DNA from: Eledone cirrhosa
Lineage: Eukaryota
Direction of reading: 5' to 3'
Assembly: GCA_964016885.1 (NCBI GenBank)
Contig: OZ024742.1
Span: 30,504,001-30,568,000, forward strand
Length of the DNA stretch: 64,000 nt
The notes under the pieces were generated by a model that had not been told where the DNA came from, did not search any database, and was given only the letters and a program-made list of their open reading frames with translations. This document shows positions 1 through 10,800 of the stretch, one piece after another. The first letter of the stretch is position 1. Every line of letters starts with the position of its first letter. The translations under genes and the position numbers were made by a program.

Positions 1-39
1 ACTCAATAATATGGTAATATAGTCATGGAATATATCTAC

Positions 40-223
40 CTTTGTACTGGATCCTTCTCTTCCAATGAGCATAGTAATGATATTGGAGGTGCTGTTGGAA
101 ATTTGGTTTGAATTTCTCTTTCGTACACAATGTACAATGGTATTTATGGCCACAGTTACAGTCGGCAGCATAACACTTTTCCATGGGTAGATCATTCAGG
201 GTACGTACAATGGACTGGTGATA
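40..223 (-). CDS. Exon E of a spliced zinc-finger protein gene (gene continues past the left window edge)
   Basis: Acceptor ttccttctag and donor G|gtagat. 184 nt, phase 0 to 1. Translates YHQSIVRTLNDLPMEKCYAADCNCGHKYHCTLCTKEKFKPNFQQHLQYHYYAHWKRRIQYK. Same motif, similar length and same phases as exon A. Not in the ORF track. Confidence 0.75.
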
Positions 224-484
224 CTAGAAGGAATAGTAACATAGAGTTACATAAAGCAGAATTCTATCATTATTTTATGTAAAACCCTTTAAGTTATATT
301 TTAAGTGGAACTTTAATAATAAGAAGTTAGTTATATTACTAAACCTCACCAAATTCTTGATTATTTTCAAAATGAGTTTTTCATCAGAAACATTACCACA
401 CAAACTCCTCCCAATCGAATTAACTTTTACATAAAACTGAATGATTTATTGGGAGGCAAAGGAAAGGACCATTGGTAAGCTTAC

Positions 485-820
485 CTTTAAACCTTTCACA
501 TCTCAAGGATGGGGGGACGTTCTCAAGTTCTTTTGAAAGAAGAGAGGTAGCCTTTTTCCAGTTGTCTGACAGAGCCCTGGAATTGTGAGGTTGTTCCATA
601 CAGCGCCATAAATGGTTAATAAGTGGGCTTCGGCGGTTTCGCAGGACATTGCAAACAGGGCAATGGTAATGTGGGCCTGATCCTTGGACATCAACTATGG
701 AAGGATCAGCTGAGGGTTCAGAACCCTTCACCTTAGTATTAGGGGTCACAGTATCTGAAGTACTTTTCACATTTGCTGCTTTATAACATGATTCATCCTT
801 ACAAAGGTGGATTTCTTTAC
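485..820 (-). CDS. Exon D of the zinc-finger gene
   Basis: Acceptor tctttgtttag and donor AAAG|gtaagc. 336 nt, phase 1 to 1. Contains IHLCKDESC...HYHCPVCNVLRNRRSPLINHLWRC. The join to exon E needs a small intervening exon near 350-437 that I could not resolve, so the 3' boundary is less certain. Confidence 0.7.
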
Positions 821-856
821 CTAAACAAAGATTAAAGATAGCTTTTAAATAGCACA

Positions 857-1021
857 TGACGATGATGGTGATGGTAATGATGATGGTGGTGGTGATGGTG
901 GTAGTAATGATGATGGTAGTAGTGATGATGGTGGTGGTGGTGATGGTGATGATGGTGGTAGTGGTGTTGGTGATGATGGTGGTGATGATGTTAGTGGTGA
1001 TGATGATGGTAGTGGTAGTGG

Positions 1022-1052
<31 letters not shown>

Positions 1053-1153
1053 GATGATGATGGTGGTGGTAATGGTAATGATGATGGTAGTGGTGTTGGT
1101 GATGATGGTAGTGGTGATGATGATGATGATGGTGGTGGTGATGATGGTAGTGG

Positions 1154-1184
<31 letters not shown>

Positions 1185-1190
1185 GATGAT
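857..1190. repeat. Compound (GAT/GGT)n trinucleotide microsatellite (intronic)
   Basis: Visible directly; explains the poly-T/I/M/V ORFs here. Confidence 0.95.
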
Positions 1191-1280
1191 GAAAAAAAGA
1201 GTGAACTTAATCCTATAAATCCAAACCACTTTCTTGCTACCATTAAACAGTGGGGAAAAAAATGAACTTCTCAACATTTG

Positions 1281-1832
1281 TTACCCTAAACCCACTGACT
1301 TAAACCTATCAACCTAAACACATTGACTTAAATCTATTACCCTAAACACATTGACATAAACCTATTAACATAAACACATTGACTTAAACCTATTAGCATA
1401 AACACATTGACTTAAATGCATTACCCTAAACCTATCACCCTAAACACATTGACTTACACCTATTACCTTAACTCTTTAGCATTTAAACCAGCCATATCCG
1501 GCTAGGATGGGCTTACCTCTTCCTGTTCAAACCAGCCATAACTGGCTGCTCATACTTATGTTAAGATATTGTCCTCAAAATAAATAATATCAAAATCTTG
1601 TAGATTTGATATTTTGTAAGATAAATCCTTTACTGCGAAAATACAATAGAATATATAAAGTAATGCAAATGCTAAAGGGTTAAACCCATTACCCTAAACC
1701 CATTATCCTAAATCTATTGGCTTAAACCCATTACCCTAAACTCATTGACTTAAACTCATTACCCTAAACATGTTGACTTACACCCATTACTCTAAACCTA
1801 TCCCCCTAAACATATTGACTTAAACTTATTAC
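1281..1832. repeat. Degenerate ~15/30-bp tandem repeat (TTACCCTAAACACATTGACTTAAACCTA-like), interrupted by a MITE
   Basis: Recurring ccctaaac and gacttaaacc motifs on both sides of 1472-1679. Confidence 0.8.
1472..1679. mobile_element. Non-autonomous piggyBac MITE
   Basis: TTAA at 1468-1471 and 1680-1683; TIRs CTCTTTAGCATTT / AAATGCTAAAGGG; resembles the left end of the piggyBac remnant at 34032. Confidence 0.85.
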
Positions 1833-1905
1833 CCAGTATACCATCATTATTATTCATTTAACATCCATTTCCCCTGCTATAAATAAAGCAATATTAACAA
1901 CTTAC

Positions 1906-1969
1906 CATATCCTTTGATAGTATTTGGGTATTTTGGATCTGGCACTGAAATACAGCTCTTATCTTTGCC
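1906..1969 (-). CDS. Small exon C of the zinc-finger gene
   Basis: Acceptor tttttatttatgaag (weaker AAG) and donor TATG|gtaagt. 64 nt, phase 0 to 1, GKDKSCISVPDPKYPNTIKGY. Bridges exon B (ends phase 0) and exon D (starts phase 1) exactly. Confidence 0.6.
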
Positions 1970-2119
1970 CTTCATAAATAAAAAGGGGCCAAATGAATTA
2001 CATTGAAACAGTTTCATCACATTGTCAAATATTTGTCAATGAATATTTCTATCTTTGTCCAGACACAACATCTTTTATAAACAGTTTCTCTGTCATGGTT
2101 TCTCTTTATCACTAAACAA

Positions 2120-2560
2120 AGGTCAGGCAATATTGTGAGGTCTGTCATGTAGTCAGGTTAGTCGAGTCATGATAGATAGGTCATGGAAAGTAGATCATTC
2201 AGGTCAGGTAATAACATGGTCAGGTCATGTAGTCAGGCCAGAACAGAGTCGTCTGTCGGGTCATGATAGATAGGTCATGGAAAATAGATCAGTCAGGTCA
2301 GGTAATAACATGGTCAGGTCATGTAGTCAGGCCAGAACAGAGTCGTCTGTCAGGTCATGATAGATAGGTCATGGAAAGTAGATCAATCAGGTTAGGTAAT
2401 AACATGGTCAGGTCATGTAGTCAGGTCTGAATAGAGAGGTCTGTCGGGTCATGGAAGATAGGTCATGGACAGAAGGTCAGTTGGCATGATGTCATGTAAT
2501 AAAGTAAAAAAAGGTCAGTTATGTCATGACAGGTAGGTCAAGGTCAGTAGGTAGGTCAGT
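2120..2560. repeat. 94-bp minisatellite built from GGTCA subunits
   Basis: gtcatgtagtcagg recurs at 2224, 2318 and 2412 (period 94), with degenerate flanking copies. Confidence 0.85.
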
Positions 2561-2720
2561 TAACATGGATTTATTGTAGTCATATTAGTACTGCACAATA
2601 ATATTTTGATTACTACTGGACTAGGTTTGAACATAAAACCTTTATTTCTAAACTAAGAGTATTAACAATGACACATCACAGCCATGATAGACTTAGAATG
2701 AATAATTAAAGAGAACATAC

Positions 2721-2851
2721 CATTTTCTTCATGTGTGAATGTAGGTGGAAGGTAAAGGCATGACGTTTGAGCAGCTTTGATGGACAATAAGGACAGTGGT
2801 AATGTCCAGCAACCTGACCACAAGACCAGAAACATTTCACTATCGTTACAT
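2721..2851 (-). CDS. Exon B of the zinc-finger gene
   Basis: Acceptor cctccttttcag and donor ATG|gtatgt. 131 nt, phase 1 to 0. (D)VTIVKCFWSCGQVAGHYHCPYCPSKLLKRHAFTFHLHSHMKKM; phase matches exon A. Confidence 0.8.
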
Positions 2852-2917
2852 CTGAAAAGGAGGAAAGAAGGAAGTAAAATATATTATATGACATAACTTC
2901 TGAATCAATATGCAGTG

Positions 2918-3070
2918 GGCATCATCAGCATCATAGCTATCATCACCATCATCATTATCATCACGGCCACCATCATCATCACAATCACCACCATCATCAT
3001 CATTACAATCACCACCATCATTGTCACCACAATCCTCACCATCATCACCACCACCACCATTGTTATCATT
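2918..3070. repeat. (CAT/CAC)n microsatellite
   Basis: Visible directly. Confidence 0.9.
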
Positions 3071-3075
3071 ATAAA

Positions 3076-3264
3076 GGTGGATTGGCAGTATTGGTAGAGA
3101 GTCGGATGCCATGCTTTGTAGCATAGAATTACGCCCCTCTATGATCTGAGTTCAAATCCCGCCGAGGGTTAACTTTGCCTTTCATCCTTACAGAGTCGAT
3201 AAAATAAAGTACCAGTAATACACAGGGATAATTGCTCGCCTTGTGCCAAAAGTAGAAACAATTA
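3076..3264 (+). mobile_element. tRNA-headed SINE with MetaSINE-like central domain
   Basis: B-box GAGTTCAAATCC; core TTAACTTTGCCTTTCATCCTTAC.G.GTCGATAAAATAAAGTACCAG; many copies in the window. Confidence 0.8.
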
Positions 3265-3399
3265 TAAAATATGTTGTTTCATGCTATGATTAGGACAGAG
3301 CTGTAGGATTGGCAGGTAAATTTCATAAAAGCTAAAACATTTTCAGAAAGTAGCGAATCAAAGCGTGTGGGGATCTGTTCAACACCAGACACATCTAAA

Positions 3400-3695
3400 C
3401 AATTTCATCTGTTCAACTTATTAAATCAACAATTTGGTCATGAACTTAACATGTAAGTGACTGAGCATTCCACAGACATGTAACATAATTCTAAGACCAG
3501 AGGAATTCAGTGTGATACAATGTGTGTCAAGGCTGACCTTTTGAATTACCAATACAGTCAATCTGACAAGGGCTTCCAAACAGTTTCTGTCAACCCACTT
3601 TCATTCACTACGTATGAGAAGATCCAAGGCTAACGTAAATGACACTAGGAACCTAAAGATTGTGAAATGAACCACTTAACAATTCAGCCAACCAT
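3400..3695 (-). mobile_element. Older SINE-like dispersed repeat (related copy at ~59500-60050)
   Basis: Blocks shared with 59570-59950: gtaagtgactgagcattccaca, gaattcagtgtg..caaggctgacc.tttgaattac, ggcttccaaacagtttctgtc. Confidence 0.55.
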
Positions 3696-3740
3696 GCAAT
3701 GTCTACAGTCTGTAGATGAAATATATAATGGATACCTTAC

Positions 3741-3927
3741 CTTCAGCTTGTACAGCATATGAGAGATGTAGCACCTCCAGGTGATCTCTCACTCTGTGTG
3801 GTTTTGTAGGTTTAAAGTGATGAATATCACAGAAAGGACAGTGCATTTTCCCATTACAGCAGTTCTCTGCTGTACACACGTCCAAAATGATGTCATCATC
3901 CTTCGATATGATGCCACGCCGTTGAGA
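3741..3927 (-). CDS. Exon A of the zinc-finger gene (upstream exon or exons not located)
   Basis: Acceptor ttttcattccag and donor GAAG|gtaagg. 187 nt, phase 0 to 1. SQRRGIISKDDDIILDVCTAENCCNGKMHCPFCDIHHFKPTKPHRVRDHLEVLHLSYAVQAE. Confidence 0.8.
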
Positions 3928-4401
3928 CTGGAATGAAAACAAAAGAATATATTTATCATATTAACTCTTCTCATAGCAAACGACCTCTGGTCCCACAATA
4001 CAAACCTGTTTTTTCAAACTGTTTATATTTATCTAAAGATCTGGCAATGGATAGGCATTAATCAGTAGAGCTTTGCAGTATATAGTTACGGCCATTTATG
4101 TTCCGAGTTCAAATCCCGAGATTAGCTTTGCCTTTCATCTTTACAGTAATGAAATGGGGTAAATTTATCAACTTCCCCTTCTCCCAGCTTGTAAGGTATG
4201 TTTCAGCTGCACCCTTGGACAAAATAACGAAAGCATTTGCGCAAGTCTCAGCCAATTTTCTAATAATGAAAATAATAGTAATGTATACATATATATACAC
4301 ATCCGTATAGTGGACGATAGTACTTCTACGATCTTCAGATATCTTGCTAATTAAGGATGTCAATTAAAAACAAATATAAAAATACTCTCAGTACACACAT
4401 A

Positions 4402-4735
4402 TCATCATCATCATCATCATCACCGTTTTACGTCCGTTCTTCCACGCTAGCATGGGTTAGACGGGTTGTCCTGTTGTGGGCAGTGTCTGGTCGGCTGACC
4501 ATGCCTTGCTCATACAGGAACTGATCTGGCTTGATTTCTACAGCTGGATGCCCTTCCTAACACCAACCTCATTTACAGTGAGTGCTGGGTGCTTTTTCGT
4601 GGCGCCTACACGTCCACTTTACAGTGTGGGCTGGGTGCTTTTTTGCCGTGGCACCTCCACGACCACCTTGCGGTGGGGGGGGGCATATTGTTTATATGCT
4701 TCAGCATGTACCCATGGGAGGTCGGGTACCCTGTA
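4402..4735 (-). mobile_element. RTE-family 3' UTR fragment with (ATG)n tail
   Basis: (cat)n then ttacgtcc..ttccacgctagcatgggtt and ggatgcccttcctaacaccaacc, the same 3' end as the other RTE copies. Confidence 0.8.
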
Positions 4736-4805
4736 CATATATATATATATATACATATCCAACAAGAAATATATACTGAGTGTATTTTTATATTTGTCTT
4801 TAATT

Positions 4806-6514
4806 TTCCACGCTAGCATGGGTTAGACGGGAGTTGTCCCAGTTGAGGCAAAGTTGGTCAGGTGACCATGTCTCGCTCATATACCGTGTTACCTACATGG
4901 CCACATTACAACGTGGACTGTGTTTTTTTCTCGTGACACCTACACGATCTCGATCTCATTTATTTGGACTGGATGTTGTGGTACCAACTTTATAGAGAGA
5001 GGGTGGTGTTGGTGGGAGTGGGAGGATAGGGTAGGGGTAGTGGATTGGGGTGTATATTTGGTTAAGAGGTGCCTACTGACTGTAGGTTTCGTTTTACAAG
5101 GCGGGTCTTCTGTATTACTGCGTACGCCAAAGATCTCGGTCCAGTGACATTGTCTTAGAGACGTGTGTGTAAAGTTGGAATTTATCAGATCGTCCCAGGT
5201 TTTTCTGGGTCTACCTACTCCATAACTACCATCAATTTTGATCGCCCTGCACTTTTTTATACAGCTGTCGTCTTTTATGCGCATCACGTGGCCATACCAA
5301 CGTAGTCTTCTCTCGAGTAAACAGCATCTGATCCCTCTTATTCCTAATTTCTCACTTAGTTCATTTATGCTTTGCCGTTCACATATATTACTATTACACA
5401 TCCAACGGAGCATGCATGCTTCGTTCCTTTCCAGTCTACATAGGTCCTCTGCACACAATGCCCATGTCTCACTGCTGTTCGTATACAAGCATCATACAAT
5501 CTGCCTTTCATTTTTAGAGAGAAACCTTTTGTGGCCAACAGCGGTATAAGCTCTCTGAACTTTTTCCATCCCGTTCTGACTCTGGCTACTGTACTTTCAG
5601 AACACCCTCCACCACTGCTGATTTTGTCACCCAGGTAACGGAAAGTCTTCACTATTTCTATAGAACCATCTGGGCAATAGAAGGAGCTAGTATCCTGTGG
5701 AGACTTGCTACCTATTGCACATGAGCATCGGCCACATATAAAGTCTACGTTCTTAGATAGTTTACCTGTGATCCCACTACATCTTTTATGTACCCATACT
5801 TTGCATTTGGGACATAAAATTGAATTTCTGCCTACTCCTTTCCTACACACTAAGCAAGGCCATTTCCCTGAGGGTACCTGTGCCTTATTTTCCTTTCTAC
5901 AAACTAGGACTTTAGTCTTAGATAAGTTAACTTTAAGGCCTTTTGATTCTAGGCCATGCTTCCATGTTTGGAATTTCTTTTCTAGTTCAGCCATTGATTC
6001 AGCTATGAGCGTTAGATCATCTGCGTATAGGAGTTCCCATGGGCAGTCGGTCTTGAACTCCTCTGTTATAGCCTGAAGGGCAATAATAAATAAGAGGGGG
6101 CTAAGGACAGAGCCTTGGTGAACACCAACTTTTACACTAAATTCTTCACAATATTCATTGTTAATTCTAACTTTACTGACTGTTTCATTATACATAGCTT
6201 GTATAGCTCTCACAAGCCATTCATCTAAACTTAGTTTTCTAAGAGCCCACCAGATAATGGAGCGGGGGACTCTGTCAAAGGCTTTTTCCAGGTCTACAAA
6301 AGCTTAGTAGAGGGGTTTACTTTTAGCTAGGTACTTCTCCTGTAGTTGTCATACAAGGAAAAGAGTGTCTGTGGTACTTTTACCTGACACAAACCCAAAC
6401 TGCATTTCATCTAGATCAATTCGCTCTCTGATTAGTTGCGCTATAACTCTTTCTGTGACCTTCATGACCTGGTCAACTAACTTAATGCCTCTATAGTTTC
6501 CTCTATCTAGAGCA
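4806..6514 (-). mobile_element. 5'-truncated RTE LINE (RT, PHD-like finger, 3' UTR), frameshifted
   Basis: ORFs 5365-6213 (GVHQGSVLSPLLF, YADD, CLVC..CPKC..H..C..CGRC), 4940-5488 (RLRWYGHV, GRPRKTW) and 6349-6510 (NYRGIKL, QFGF). Confidence 0.95.
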
Positions 6515-6546
6515 TAGTTATGTGTATACATAACTATCATTTTCAT

Positions 6547-6694
6547 TAGAGTGTTAGACACCATGCTTTGCACCATAGAGTTATGACACTCTAAGTTCTG
6601 AGTTCAAATCCCGCCAGGTTAACTTTGCTTTTCATCCTTACGGGGTTGATAAAATAAAGCACCAGTAATGCACTGGGGTAATTGCTGACCTTGT
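6547..6694 (+). mobile_element. MetaSINE-like SINE
   Basis: Same core as 3076-3264. Confidence 0.75.
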
Positions 6695-6777
6695 AATTGG
6701 CAGTTACAAAGAGCATTCTATTCTCCAAATCAAAATACAATGCCCCCATACACATATATAAATCAATATATATAAAT

Positions 6778-6839
<62 letters not shown>

Positions 6840-6881
6840 AATAGGATTTCGCTCCAAGCATAGCTTTATACAATATGTATA

Positions 6882-7193
6882 AAAATTTCGTATTTCGAAA
6901 GAAATACGATTTTAGGAAGCCGTAGCTATGTGAACACTGAGGGGCTAACGCCCTCTGGTGTTGTCCAGCAGAAGCAAGGGGGACAACGGTCTATACATCT
7001 CAGGCTTGACTGGCAATCGTCAGGACAATCCCTCCCACTGCTCTGCGACTGCTGGCCTTGAAAACAGCCAAGAATATATAGTTTTCTCATCTGTGTGAGA
7101 TGATTAATCTCATTTTCATATGAAGCTGCATAAGTTGGTGTTCACATAGCTACAGCTTCCTAAAGTCGTATTTCTTTCTAAATACGAAATTTC
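6882..7193. mobile_element. Inverted-repeat element with ~57-bp terminal repeats, flanked by TA tracts
   Basis: aaatttcgtatttcgaaagaaatacgattttaggaagccgtagctatgtgaacac pairs with gtgttcacatagctacagcttcctaaagtcgtatttctttctaaatacgaaattt. Family unassigned (MITE or DIRS-like ITR). Confidence 0.8.
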
Positions 7194-7269
7194 TATATAT
7201 ATATATATATATATCATCATATCATCATCGTTTAACGTCGATGATGATGATGATATATATATATATATA

Positions 7270-7425
7270 TAGAAATTTCGTATTTAGAAAGAAATACGAT
7301 TTTAGGAAACCGTAGCTATGTGAACACCGAGCGGCTAACGCCCTCTGGTGTTGTCCAGCAGAGGGCGTTAGCCCCTCGGTGTTCGCATAACTACGGTTTC
7401 CTAAAATCGTATTTCTTTCTAAATA
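7270..7425. repeat. Near-perfect palindrome derived from the left arm of the 6882 element
   Basis: Left arm nearly identical to 6882-6972, followed by its reverse complement; (TA)n on both sides. Confidence 0.85.
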
Positions 7426-7499
7426 TATATATATATGTATATACACATGTACATGTGTGTGTTTATGTGTATATGTATGGGTGCATGTGTATGTATATG

Positions 7500-7837
7500 C
7501 GCGGGGACATAGAAATAGTCGGGCTGGACACCCGATCGCGCGGTTAAACCACTGGCAGTGAAGGACCCCTAGCCCTTCTCAGGGCATTCTTCTAGGAGAA
7601 GGCAACTCAGGAAACTGGAATGACTCCGATATAAAACCTGCGGCTCAGTAATTACCGATGATGTTAATCTTTTCTTTTTTTCGGGTTATAGCTACTGTCG
7701 CTCAGAGAGTGGGATTGGCTCAGTGCACAGTCTTTCGTCACTTTAAAAAATATCTTCACGCAGGCATTGCACGATAGAATTAATTAATTATTATTAATAT
7801 ATCGTGCAATGGCCATATTCGTTAACGAGGAGCCAGT
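7500..7837 (+). mobile_element. Unclassified GC-richer interspersed element abutting the RTE tail
   Basis: CpG-containing segment with aggagaaggcaactc (RTE 5'-UTR-like) and the hairpin cattgcacgata...tatcgtgcaatg. Single copy here, so the assignment is weak. Confidence 0.4.
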
Positions 7838-10800
7838 CATCATCATCATCATCATCATCATCATCAACGTTTAACGTCCGTGTTCCACGCTTGCATGGGT
7901 TTGGACGGGGGTAGTCCCACTTGAGGCAAGAGTGATTGTCTTGCTCGCATAGGACTGTCTGGCAGGTTTTCTACAGTTGGATGCCCTTCCTAACACCAAC
8001 CACATTTACAGTGTGGGGCTGGGAGGTTTTTACCGTGTTGCCTACACGGCCACATTACAGCGTGGACTGTGTGTTTTTTTGTCGTGACACCTACACGATC
8101 TCATTTGTTTCGGCCTGGATGTTGTGGCACCAACATAACTTTACATAGAACGGGGTGGTGTGGATGGGGTGGGGGTGGTGGTGGTGGGACGGGGTGTATT
8201 TTGTTAGAGATGCCTACTGGCTGTAGTAGGTTTTACTATGTATTTAGGTAAGGCGGGTCTTCTCTGTTACTGAGTACCGCCAAAGGTCTCGGTCCAGTGA
8301 CATTGTCTTGGAGAGGTGTAAGTGTGTGAGGTCGGAGTTTATCAGCTCGTCCCAGGTTTTTCTAGGTCTGCCTATTCCGTGGCTACCGTCTATCTTTATT
8401 GCCCTGCACTTTGTTATACAGCTATCGACTTTCATGCGCATCACGTGTCCATACCAACGTAGCCTTCTCTCGAGTAAACAACATCTGATCCCTCTTATTT
8501 CTAATTTTTTCCTTAGTTCGTTTATGCTTTGCCGTTCACGTATATTACTGTTACACATCCAGCGAAGCATGCAAGCTTCGTTCCTCTCTAGTCTGCGTAT
8601 ATCCTCTGCACACAATGCCCAGGTCTCACTGCCATGCAACATTGCTGTTCGTATGCAGGCATCGTACAACCTGTCTTTCATTTTTAGGGAGAACCCTTTA
8701 GCAGCTAATAGTGGTATAAGCTCTCTGAACTTTTTCCAACCAGTTCTGACTCTAGCTACTGTACTTTCAGAGCACCCTCTCCCACTGCTGATTTTATCGC
8801 CCAGGTAACGGAAGCTGTCCACTATTTCTATAGAACCCTCTGCGCAATTGAAAGAGCTAGTATTTTGTGGGCACTTGCTGCTACTTATTGCACCGGAGCA
8901 CCGGCCACATGTAAAATCTATGTTCTTAGTTAGCTTACCTGTGATCCCACTACATCTTTTATGCACACATACTTTGCATTTAGGATATAAAATGGAGTTT
9001 CTACCTACGCCTTTCCTACATACCGAGCACGACCATTTCCCAGAAGGGACAGCCTCCTTATTTTCTTTCCTACAAACTAGAACTTTAGTCTTAGCCAGGT
9101 TAATTTTAAGTCCTTTTGATTCTAGGCCGTGCTTCCATGTTTAGAATTTCTTCTCTACATCGGCCATTGATTCTGCTATGAGTGTCAGGTCGTCTGCGTA
9201 TAGGAGTTCCTATGGGCAGCCGGTCTTGAACTCCTCTGTTATAGCCTGAAGGGCAATAATAAATAGTAGCGGGCTGAGAACAGAGCCCTGATGGACGCCA
9301 ACTTTTACGCTAAACTCTTCACTATATTCGTTGTTAATTCTAACCTTGCTGACTGTTTCTTTATACATGACTTGTATAGCCCTCACAAGCCATTCGTCAA
9401 CGCCTAGTTTTCTAAGAGCCCACCAGATAATGGAGCGGGGGACTCTGTCGAAGGCTTTCTCCAAGTCGACAAAGGCTAAGTAGAGGGGTTTACCTTTAGC
9501 TAGGTACTTCTCCTGTAGTTGTCGTACAATGAAAAGAGCGTCTGTGGTACTTTTGCCTGACACAAACCCGAACTGCATTTCATCTAGGTCAATTCTCTCT
9601 CTGATTAGTTGCGCTATTACTTTTTCCGTGACCTTCATGACCTGGTCGATTAATTTAATGCCTCTATAGTTACTCCTATCTAGGGCGTCTCCTTTACCCT
9701 TATAACAGTTAACGATGATGCTGCTATGCCAGTCCTTCGGAACAACCCCATTCTGTACAACTTGGTTAACTATGCGGGTGACCATGGTGTGTCCCACCGT
9801 ACCGGAGGCTTTAAGCATCTCAGCAACTATTTCCGAAGGCCCAGCCGCCTTACCCGTCTTCATATCTTTGATTGCCTTACTTATTATACTACCTTCGACT
9901 AACACTGCTGGTCCCTCTATTGGATCGATGTGGGGGAGACTGTCTTTCTCCCATTTATTCTCCTCATTTAGTAGCCTTTCGTAGTGACACTTCCAAGCTA
10001 CCTTCTTATCAGCGTCAGTGATGGCAAGTACGCCATCATCGTTAAGTACACACTTCTCCCCGACAATATCACGGTTTTCCTTGACACATTGCCTAGCAAT
10101 CCTGAACACCTCACGTTTTTGGTCCTCGCGTTGTAGAACATGCTTGAACTTTCTTTCCTCTGCTTCCCTTCTTGCGAAGTACACTTGTCTCCTAGCTTCC
10201 CTCCTGGCCACTTGATAGTCTTCTCTACTTCCCCCATCCCGCCATGCTTTCCAAGCCTGCTTTTTGGCCTTGATTGACCCCTCCACCTTACTGTTCCACC
10301 ACCATGTTACTCTCCTCCTGCCTACAGGCCTGCTCCAGCCACAGACTTCGTCTGTCGCCATCAGCAGGTTTGCTTTCAGAAATTCCCACTGTCCCTCTAT
10401 ATTGTCCGACTCTAAATGTTCTTCCTTACTGTCGAAAGCATCAAGTAATATGCTTTGAAATTTATTTCTGGCTGTGGGGTCCTTTAGCTTCCATATTTTT
10501 CTCCTGAGGATAGTCCTCTTCTGCTGTCGAGTACGTCTCGTCCTGACTATGAGGTCGCTAATTATCAGTCTATGTTGGGAGGTGCATTCTTCATGGGGGA
10601 GGGATTTAGTGTTTACAACAGACACTCTGTCACGTCTTCTGGTAAGGATATAATCTACCTGGCTTGTGTGTTCCCCGGATCTATAGGTGATCAGGTGATT
10701 GTCACGTTTTTTGAAGTTAGTGTTACAGATAGTTAGGTTATTTGCATCACAGAATTCCAGGATTCTGGAGCCTTCCTCATTTCTAGTACCAAACCCATAG

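Noticed and set aside
350-437. Small exon FYVKVNSIGRSLCGNVSDEKLILKIIKNL linking exons D and E
   Set aside because: The donor TTG|gtgagg is plausible, but the CAG acceptor gives a phase mismatch and a ~47-nt intron, and the in-phase alternative at 423 is weak; boundaries left uncalled.
845-1277. N-terminal half of the 285-aa ORF and overlapping poly-T/P/M/V ORFs
   Set aside because: Trinucleotide microsatellite lying upstream of the splice acceptor at 821-823.
1281-1832. Interstitial telomere
   Set aside because: CCCTAA occurs only as isolated motifs inside a longer degenerate unit, not as tandem (CCCTAA)n.
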